Of a DNA stretch of 64,000 nt, positions 53,601 to 64,000 are shown one piece after another. Both the position numbers and the translations under genes were made by a program. This DNA comes from Styela clava (Eukaryota), in the NCBI RefSeq assembly GCF_964204865.1, contig NC_135250.1, positions 27,404,001 to 27,468,000 on the forward strand, written 5' to 3'. The first letter of the stretch is position 1. The number at the start of each line of letters is the position of its first letter. Below the pieces are notes generated by a model that saw only the letters and a program-made list of their open reading frames with translations, was not told the origin of the DNA and did no database searches.

Positions 53601-56600
53601 ATATACTTTACCAGTATAGTTTGATTACAGCAATATTGAGTTTCAACAACTTCATGAATATTTAATATAAAAGTCACTTGAAATCAACACCGCATTAAAA
53701 TACAATTTAAAAATCAATGGCAATTCTTTCTAATGAACGTTTTGACTCTGTTTGGCAGGCAATATTAGTTGGTGACTGATGAGATTGATCGTATATTTTG
53801 CTATTAAAATTTTTTGGAACAATCTAAGACGTGAAAAACAATAAATTAGAATACAAAGATGAATATGATAAATTTTAGATCTTATTTTTTTAATCTTTTA
53901 TTATATCCGTGCAATTATTCAAAGATAACATATATTTTAATTAGATTATAGTTATTTCAATTGTATACCGTTCCGAACACGAAACCATTCTTCAAGGATC
54001 TCGAAAATGAAACTCAAAGCTCAGTGGTGAGGCCTATGTCACACCTAAGCTTCATTTTTTATTGTTAGTTTTTTGAGAAGAGAAAATTAAAGCAATTTTC
54101 AATTTATCTTGGAATTAGGTTTATACATCATACGTAGTAAGAGTGTCATTCAAAATCAGATCGCGTTTAATATTTCGCTTCTACTAGTTTATGTACAGAT
54201 CTTTCGTTTCTCGCGTCATTTCTCTTCTAGTGTCGTTCCGACATATTTATCGATTTTCCGCTTTAAACTGCCACTCTATTTTCATTGGGCAATCAAGATG
54301 TATATGTGAAACATATTGACATGCGTAAGTAGCTGAGCAAAAAATCAATACTTCTATATTTTTGAGTCTCTGTGTCGCGGTATCTTTTCAGGATTTGTAA
54401 AATAAGTTACTCTTACTACAGATTTATTTCCCCGAAAATAAGACAGGGTGTTATTTAAATTTTTTTCATTCGAAAAATAACAATGGGGCTTATTTCTGGG
54501 GAATGTCTTTAATTTTAATTTATCGAAAACGAAATTGCAAAGTAGAGAATTACGAGCTTTTCGAATATACAAAATATGAAAACCGATATCCGTTTACTTA
54601 TAAATAACACGTTTAGAAAAAAACTGCTAAACATAGATTATTCAAAAATGACCAACCATTAACGGAAGAGTCAATTTTTTTTTCGCCTAATCGACTAGGT
54701 CTTATTTTAGAGGGGATGCTTAAACTAAAATAATTTTTAAAGTTTGGGCTAGGTCTTATTTTCTGGGAAACACGGTATTATTTTGATCTCATTCCAGGAT
54801 TTAACATTCACATTACGGATATGGAAGTCATGGACTGATGAAAGACTGAAGATGACAGGAGAGCATGAGAGTATTGTTTTACCTAGTAGATTAATTGACA
54901 AACTTTGGGTACCAGGTAAGTAAAAACTACCCTTAAAATTTCAGAAATCTGAGAACATATTTATTCAATCTAAATATCATCATCACAATTTGAACTATGG
55001 AAATAATATTGTTTCCAATTTATATAGTATATTTTTATGAATAATATTTCATCACTTTCATAAGTTCAATATGTACTTAATACATTCTTTATTAGTCCTA
55101 AATATAACCCATAGTTTATGCACGGTAGTTTACAATTGTATAATATGTCCGATAATTGCAAAGACTGCAATTCCAATAAATGTGAATTATGTATGGATGA
55201 ATAAAAAGCTTACATATTAATACATTGCAATAAAGTATAAAATTAATTTAATTTTACCAAATTTTTTTTTCACCAAAATAAAGATTCAATACGTTTAATA
55301 TTTTTTCAAATTTTCAAGATTTATTCATTGTTGGATCTAAGAAATCATTTATTCATCGCACTACAGTTGATAATATTATGCTGAGGCTTTACAAGAATGG
55401 AACAATTAGTTACAAAGCTAAGTAAGTAATACTGTGTTTAAGATATACATAATGTTTTCCTACTTCAAACATTAGTAATTCTTGTTTCTATAATAAATAG
55501 AATCATGGTTTGCACGTTTTAATTCCATCGAAGTATATAAATATATTGCCCAATATGTTACGAATATTCACGTTGACTAACTTCCAACATAGTCTGCTTC
55601 CTTCATCACACTAACTAGCGCAATAATATTTATACATTTAATATATATATATATGATTTGTATCAATTTATCATTAATAGCATTAATTAATATAATTCAA
55701 TATTATTATATTATGTTTTAAAGCTGACTGATATGGAAAATTTTATTAATAATTTTTTCAGAATAACCACAACTGTGGCATGTCAAATGAATTTGTACAA
55801 CTTTCCTCTTGATATAGAAAACTGCACTTTAGCTATACAAAGCCGTAAGTATGAAGCCTCACTACTTTGTTGCAGTATTAATATTTATATTATTTTATGA
55901 TATATTTAACACACAACAACATGTAGAGATTATTGCTGTAAACAAATATTCAACTTGAACAACTTTTCTTGGAATGAAACAAAATTTTTATTTGGAAGAA
56001 CATGTTTAGCGTACAACATCGCTAGATAACTGATAGATGAGAATTTTGATTTTAGGTTCATACCGCTCAATTAAAAATACTTTTTTTGTCCTTTAGTCGC
56101 GTACACAACGGATGAATTGGAATTAGAATGGCGAATGGGAGAGAAAATGGAACATCTTTTCATGGATCCCAAATTAGTTAGCAACATGCCAAAGTTTAAA
56201 CTTGTTCATCATATTCTTCATACAAATACTGTACGTTGTAAACAGGGTGGAGGTAATTAATCAGATACTTTTATTGGTATTGGGTATTATGATCAGGAGA
56301 GTATTGCTCAAATATATGCACACGAAGACGAAAAACGAAATATTTCACCAACAATTCCCCACAATCATATCCCGAATAAAACTGGAACTCTGGATAAGCT
56401 ACGATAACTTATCGGTATACTGGTATCAGTATCGGTAAGCGGATTGGGCTAGCTTTTCCATGTTCTGTACTATATAATCCGAGTCTCTACTGTATTATCA
56501 GGTACAGTACTGTAGTCTACCTAACGTTTCTATAAAAATTCTCCGCTGACGATCGCAGAGCCGCTACAATTTTAGATGGAAAAAGCGAGTTCGCGAGAAG

Positions 56601-59600
56601 TAATAGCCTCGTAGTGACAACAAAAATATCCAACCACTGAAAAGCAATTGGTCCTGTAAATGCGAATTTGAAACAACAACAATAATAACAACAAGAAAAA
56701 GAATATCGCCAGCAACAACAACATAATAACTCCGTGTCTAATGAATATTATAGCAACAATTGTAATATGGTTTGTTGTGGTAATTTTAACCCCAATTCTA
56801 TTAAATCTCTTTTACTTCAGGCGAGGTATCTGAACTGCGTGTCAGCTTTGAATTACAAAGATATCTTCTATCTGTATTTTTTCAATCCTATTTCCCAGCT
56901 ATTATTATGGTGATACTTGCAGGATTAGGAATGTGGCTAGATCCTAGATCAGTGCCTGCCAGAGTTGCGATGGGTAAGATATATTCTCACTGTCTTTAGC
57001 AAAAGTCAAAAATGGCATTATATTTTATTAATTAGATCCCATACGATCATGAAAGACTTGAATGAAAAAGATAAATTGCGTCTTCGAATTGGGTTAAGCG
57101 GAATATTTTATTACTATCAGGTTAGGATGAACATAAATGAATGCTCCACAATTCTAGGCAACGTTCACATAGAAATTAGGGAACATATAGATGTTCATTC
57201 AAACCAAATATTAATATTGGATAAAGAGTTACAAAGCATACAATGTTGATATAATCAATAATATAAACATACACTAATTTGAACTCTTCGGCTATGATAT
57301 CTAGGAAAATGATAAGCCCGTGGTTTTTATTTTCATTATTAATTCAGTGTTAATTATTGTTGTATAATTTACTTGAATTTAATACTATGTGTACAGTGAA
57401 GTAAAATTTCAATTTTTCAGGAATTACATCAGTTCTCACCATTTCCACAATAATTACTGGATTAAAGTCTTCACTGCCAAAGGTGACGCCTTTTTCGCTT
57501 TTTTGTAAAATAATTAATTGTTGCTATTTTTCAAGTTTTCTATCCAAAATATTCTAATAACAAAAGAATTTCGCGAACATTAATATAATTTTATTCATTC
57601 AAAAAATGCAGGATTGAAATTAAAATAAAAAATTGAGGATTGATAACATATTGTTAAAAATATTTGCTACTCAAACAAAACTTCAATCAGGTAAAAAACG
57701 TTGTAAAATTATAGTATTACAATTTATTTACTTGATTCAACTTTCAGGTTTCTTATCTAACAGCCATGGACCTATATCTATGGGCTTGCTTTTTATTTGT
57801 ATTTGCAACCGTACTGGAATACTGTGTTTTAAATTATGTCATGACGATACAAGTTAAAAAAATAAGAAGAGGTTTAAAAAATGAAGAAATGATTTTGGTA
57901 AGATAAGGAAATGTATATATATATACTCATTTAATAGTTCGTTGACTGTATATTTTTTACTCTGTGTTTGTATTTAGTAAGTATGATTATGCTACTCCTT
58001 TAGTGTGTGTACCAGGTTATGGTTAGGCCATAATGTTATTCCTATTTCCCTTTTTTTAGTTCTATTGCGAGTTCGGGGACTGTCTGTGTTTTCAAAGTAA
58101 ATATATCACCTGCCCATAGGATTCAGTTCCTTCACACAACTTGATGTTAAGTAGGCGAACGAAAAGTTACTTCTATATTGGTATACTGTATACAAATACT
58201 TCTGGAGCGCCAGATATAGATTTTGCATGTTTTAAATTTTACTAGCTTTTTATTGGAGATTCTTCTATAACATTTATTGCTATTTTGTTTTGTATCTAGA
58301 AAAATGGACTGAATCATCATAACAACACCTATCAAAGATTTACGAAACAAACAAGCAATGATTCAGTACAAAGACATAGGTAGTGCTTATTTTTCCTACA
58401 TTGCAATAAAACATCACCGCCACAAATTATTTCACAAATCATTTCTTAATCTGTTTTTGCAGTATTACCTATCCAAACTTTGTGAACGAAGCAGTGTGAA
58501 GGATTCAAAACAATTTTTGCTTGATATTGAACATCTTCTCTTTATTAAATCATGCACTTCAAGTTATACTTATGGATTTTGAATAATAACTTCAATCTAG
58601 AACTAGACCTTCACATTTCATACCGTTTACAGAAATTCAAGGACTGAGAAGGATAAAGCTGAAGAATGTTCTGAAATATTTTCTCAAAATTTTTCATCAA
58701 GGCAGCCTCACACTCAGTATTCCAATTCAATTGGACCTTATGAAGAATCCCAAAAGGTAATTACAAAATTTAAATTGGATTTTAATAATTGATTCAAACA
58801 ACAATTTGTCCCAAATGCACGTCAATCTGTTTTAGTTGTATATATGCAATATATTTATACTGTCGTAACCTGTTATGTTTTGGGCCAAAATGGCGTACTC
58901 AAATTCCGGCGCATGTTCACAAAACGCCGTAAGAATTCCTAGTTGGCATGGCACAAACTTTTTCCATATGTCATTCCTAAATCCCACCTGACTACGCCAT
59001 CAAAAAATTACGTTACTAATTGCCAAAGCTTGCCAAAGAAAAGCTACGATCGCCCGAAATGTTATATCCGCCGACGATAACGAACTCGCAAACGCCACCG
59101 ATCTCTCTCATATCGGGATCGTTACGACGAAAAAACGATAGAAATAGCTTGCTCAATTTCAGGTGATCGTCTGCGCGTTTTAGACGAAAATCCGTATACT
59201 TTGACGAGCCTTATTTCGTCAATGTGACGTAATGTTTGAATGACGTAGTCAGGTGGGGGTTAGAAATAACATATGCGAATGGTCATACCACGCCAACTAG
59301 AAGAACTTGACCGCGTTTAATGAACTAGGCCCCAAATTCCATAGTTCTGTCGATTTTATACATTTGTTGGAAACATTATGACTATAAATTTTGGCAATAT
59401 TTGCAATCGTTTACACAAACAAGCTAATTCACGCAGGGAAAACTATATTTAGGCAGACACGCCAGGTGACCCTTTGACATTCGAAATGCAGTTGTTCAGG
59501 ATTTAGTATGACACATATTTATATTAGTCCGAAGATAATCAGAAATTTTTTCTTAATTTAAAAAAAAATATCTGGCAGCATATTACCCGGTATCTCTCCT

Positions 59601-60168
59601 ACATTTACGACGATTAGAATGTAAATGTGTTTGTTAGACTTTGATGTAATTATAAAAACGCACCATATCTACATAATGCGTACATAAATTACTAATGTAT
59701 GTTTTGCAGATCCAATTACAGTTTGCTTATGTGATATCTAATTTAACCATGCTTTCTCTTCTATTTCTTTTATATACATCGCTTCATTCTTTTCACTACT
59801 CTTTTCTATTTCTTCCACTTCGATGTAGGATACTACTCCTAAAGCTGAAGCTGTGAAAATATTCAATTGTTCTACAAAATCAACAGTGAGAATAAATATA
59901 TCTTCTTGCTATTTTACTATTTCTGCACAGTTATTTTTCTTGAAGCGTCTGGATCACAACCGTTCAACAGCCCTTTTAATCATTTTTATTTGTTTAGAAA
60001 CGTAAATCTTCAAGATTACAAACTCACTCTATATTCAACGACGCCAACGATGCAACAAAACTAGACGTTTTCTTCAGAATATTCTATTTTCTTTCTTTTA
60101 TAATTTTTAACATTGCGTATTGGTTTTATTATGTTATATCAACAGACCACAGAAATATGGATGAATAA
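50622..60168 (+). CDS. Cys-loop ligand-gated anion channel subunit (GABA-A/glycine receptor family, divergent), ~524 aa
   Basis: Exons 50622-50763, 51888-51995, 52202-52269, 54798-54915, 55319-55421, 55762-55844, 56097-56252, 56821-56973, 57421-57482, 57748-57897, 58300-58379, 58633-58756, 59829-59885, 59998-60168. LWVPDLF, Cys-loop CQMNLYNFPLDIENC, VPARVAMGITSVLT, LPKVSYLTAMD, FNIAYW. Confidence 0.93.
52473..52748. mobile_element. Possible Helentron/DINE-like non-autonomous element
   Basis: ttttaatcggtaag start, gtctgtccatctgtctgt microsatellite-like tract followed by cgcgatatctc, ending ccgatattctcgtt. Confidence 0.45.
54424..54777. mobile_element. Pogo/Tigger-like MITE
   Basis: tttccccgaaaataagac ... 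gtcttattttctgggaaacacggta inverted ends. Confidence 0.6.
58905..59335. mobile_element. Foldback MITE with long imperfect inverted arms
   Basis: ctagttggc...catatg..att.ctaa..cccacctgactacg pairs with cgtagtcaggtggg..ttagaaataacatatg...gccaactag. Confidence 0.7.
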
Positions 60169-62323
60169 TATGACAGTAGTCTACTTTTTGTAAGTACCCA
60201 ACACAGAAGGTCCATGATGCCTGATAAAAAGTTCGGCGTAATGGTTGCGTAAAAAGTTGTTGACAGAGCAACAATATATACACGCTGAGAAAGAACACAA
60301 CGAAAAACTTGTTCGTTTTGAAATATTTGCAAAATTCTTATTGTAGAATATAAGTCAAGTAACAACAAACTTTTGCATGAATGCTCTGCACAAATATATG
60401 AAAGGCCTTGTTGATCAGTAAACATGAGAATTGTTATTTATTATTTTGTAATATATATCACGTCTATTTTCTCCTTGAGTTATTTCATTTATCAGTTTAT
60501 TTGGGATCTGCAGGGAGCTACATTCTGATACCGGGGTACAGTCGATGAATTGTTTAACCCTCAGCCCCACTGTAGTTTTTCGTATTGGATAATTCTGGCA
60601 TACCCGCGTTTATTATCTTGGTTACGTGTCCTATATACAGCGTCATGAAACATACGAATATGGGTGCATTCATATTAAAATTAGTGGTATTTCGAAAGTT
60701 AGCGAGGATATTAGTTGCGTAAGCATCCATTATCGATTGAAACAAGTTTTTGACAGAGAACAACATCAGGATTGGGCAAGTTCACTTATCGTTACACTGC
60801 AATAATTTATAATTTCCATGTTCAGTTGCATTCACGCTTGTCATGTAATATCAGTGAAAATTGACGCTTAATATTTCCGCGTGGAAGAAATATCAAAAAA
60901 TTCTGCCAATATTCATGGTTATTGTGCTGCTGAATTGATAGCTGCATTAGTCTGTCTGTCTGTAGGGGATGTTGAAGGGTTAGGGCTGTTGTTAACTTGT
61001 TACACATCGATATTGTGATTCCAATATTAATAACCGTAATTACCTGGCAAACCTCAGCGGAATTACCAAAACTTCTCGTTAAGTATTACTGTATTGTGCT
61101 TCTCTAGTTTGGTATTAAACCGGGAACGATAACCTGTTTTCACTGTAACGTTCATGGGTATAATTAGGGACGGTTACCTGGCTAGTGATTCCCAGTTCAG
61201 GAGTGAAATTGTCATGGTCCTATCTATGCCATGGGAAATCAAGACTACCCCGCTTCAAGCGACGTCCCAACACTACGGCAAGGCCAGATAACTAGTAAAG
61301 CAGGCGGAGATAACTAATAATGCAGCGATAAAAATATACCTCAGAATGTGGACAGAATAACAAAATTTCGGAACTAGTTCCCACGCGGAAATATTCTGAA
61401 CTCCGATTTCAAAAAATCTAGTTACAAGATTTTACCCCGTGTTTATATTTTGAACGTAATAGGAATCATAACTAAACTGATATTTGCCGGTTATAAAAAA
61501 AAACTACACGAGGTAATTAGACACATAGAACTAATTACTTCAAAACGTACCTGCAATATTTATATAACTTTATTTCTAGAACATTGGGAGTCAATTACAG
61601 ATTTTCTCGATCAATGCCTGTGAGCCATTTATGCATAAGGAAATAGCTTATGAACATCATTTCGATTCGTTATCGTGTAATTTTGAGCCACGTTCAACCA
61701 TAAAGCTTTCAACTAATTTTCCTTTGTTGTACTACTTATTCTAGAAATGGTGAAATTATTTGCGAACGTTGACGCGCCACAGATTAATCACCACTGATAT
61801 ATGCTACCATTTTTAAAATTTTGTGGTCAATTGAATGCTACTGATAATTCAACTAAAATACCAACATGCGTTCAAATTGCTAATCGATTAAAAGCAACTA
61901 TTTGCTACCACCAGGTAGCGGTACCGAAACGCTCTATCCATAACACGGCGGAATACGCATGTAGTAATTTAAATTATTAGGTATTTCAATTAAGCATCGA
62001 ACCGGTATTGTGGCTTATTGTGCCATTACTGTCTGAAATAATAGGTATGCACCAATACTATATGACGTGCTGATCGTAAATTATAGTCGTTCATATTGTC
62101 ACCACCTAGCTTAACTGTATGTTCCCATTCTAGCTTCAGGAAATATATGTACAAATGAATAAAGTATTTGTGTATATATTGTAGGTAGTACAAAAATGTT
62201 TTTAAATCTTTTCCCCTGGGAATGAACGAAATTTTTGATGTCCATTGATTCTAAACCAAATTTCATTTGATGCTGCCCGTGGCTCAATTTTAGGACTTTT
62301 ATCGCTTATTCAAAAATGGGTGC

Positions 62324-62540
62324 TCCAGAAGTATGCGCACCAAGATGTCACACAGCCTGAATACTAACCGGTACACACATCCTATGTTCAGGTTGTGCGC
62401 CATCTTGGTGCGCATAATTCTGTAGGTCCGTGGTACTCCTGAAGTATGCGCACCAAGATGTCGCATAACCTGAACCCTAACCTGGTACACAACCTGAGTT
62501 CAAGTTGTGCGCCATATTGGTGCGCATACTTCAGGAGGTC
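62324..62540. mobile_element. Two tandem copies of the short palindromic MITE
   Basis: gaagtatgcgcaccaagatgtc...gtgcgccat.ttggtgcgcata occurs twice. Confidence 0.8.
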
Positions 62541-64000
62541 CATCTGCATATGGTCTCATTTGCAATCACGTTATGTGTGTTGAGTACTCTATATGTGACG
62601 AGCACACTCAATATAACATTCGTTATTCTTGTTTTGATGCAAAACGCGGTACTAATCAATGTTTCTAAATGACCGTAAAATGAATCAAATTTGTGTTTCA
62701 GGGGGGTTGCCAATGGTAAGTCTTTACAAGCTCTAAAACCCCAAATAAGGTCACTGTCGCTCAACCTTTTTTCAAAATGGTGATTCGTCTCCTTCCCTTT
62801 GCTATATGAAAAAAAGTTGCATGCGTTTAAGTCTTTAGTTTATTTTTAAAGTTTCAAATAATGTTATAACGATATTTTAATATATATATCACATACATTG
62901 ATTAATTTAATCAAGTTCGCATAAAAGAATTGTCAATTTGGTTATTCGCGTAAAAATGCATTACAAAAATTGACTATTTTTTTGGTGCGCAATAAGAGAT
63001 TAGTTATATGCGAGTCATGTATGTTCATATAATAATGGAACACAGAAGCATTTTTGGTTATATGGTGCATTAAATTCATTTTGGAAATACAAAAATTCTA
63101 AAGTCATATTGGAAATACTCTAATTCTTAATTAAAATACAAAAATTTTCACCAAATTAAGCCATTATGGGACATATATAAGAAAGATTTAAAAATATAAG
63201 TTGTCAAACCGGTCTTCAACAAAAGGTTCTTTCTTCTGTTTTATAATACACACTTACATCATACATAGACAACGTCAGCTTGTAATAATAAACATAACGG
63301 AAAGCATTATAAATAAATTATTTATGCTCGAACAATGAGCAATTTTTTATATGCTTACCCCCAATGTTGATCACTATTTAAGTATATAATACCCACATGA
63401 GTGAACCTATTCAGACATGATATTATTGCAAATCTTGTGTTTTATTAAAGATAAATTTAGCATCCGCTATGTTGAAATGGCAGAAATGACTTTCTCAATA
63501 CACCAGACAAGCAGATAAAATTGCGGAAAAGTTTAACGCTAAGGTATTCCCAAAAATATTCTATTTTTAGGTACGACAGTAGATAACAAGATACTATAGA
63601 GCGTTTCTCATTCTTACGTGTTATTTTAGTTTGAATATTTAAAGCAATATTTCAGAAATAAGTATTGTTGAATTTCATAAAATAAGAATCGATAAAATAA
63701 TTAAAAAGTACAACAATATTTTATTTCAAACTTCACTAAACAAACCTTTTGTTGCGTTTTGAGTAATATTACATGGTGTGGTGTGAATATTTAAACACAG
63801 CAAGAAATTAGATTCGTCAAACAAGAATCAAGACGAGGCAAAATAAAGTAAATAGCAAAATATTGTAATATTTGAAAAAATTGTTACTTATATACCACAG
63901 ATTAATTATGCTTCGCACAAAAAGGAAGATGGCAATGAGCAATTTCTGTCATTAATCCCGCTCATATTTATCTCTCCACATGCCTCGGTCCACCCATTGT

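Noticed and set aside
62324-62540. CRISPR-like repeat-spacer pattern
   Set aside because: Eukaryotic context; two tandem palindromic MITE copies with homologous interiors and no cas genes.

Overview
AT-rich, intron-containing animal genomic DNA (compact GT-AG introns, many MITEs). An invertebrate chordate such as an ascidian is my guess, not something the sequence proves. Gene models were built by hand from splice sites and reading frames. From left to right: (1) a minus-strand intelectin/FReD gene that, unusually, appears to encode a type II membrane protein with a Tyr/Pro-rich cytoplasmic tail; (2) two tandem ~18-kb segmental copies (about 7.2-25.2 kb and 26.7-45.0 kb) of an immune-looking cassette; (3) a 14-exon anion-selective Cys-loop channel with a non-canonical ligand site. 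Each cassette holds a trio of divergent, two-coding-exon alpha/beta-hydrolase (lipase-like) paralogs, a C-type lectin and a Ly6/uPAR three-finger gene. In the trio, A is a Ser-less pseudoenzyme with a hydrophobic C-terminal tail, and B and C keep an apparent Ser-Asp-His triad. Copy 1 also has an orphan secreted 6-Cys protein. The two copies show reciprocal decay: the lectin is dead in copy 1, while copy 2 has a Ly6 splice-donor loss and a truncated extra B. The best candidate for an undescribed system is the co-inherited lipase-like enzyme/pseudoenzyme trio embedded among pattern-recognition genes.
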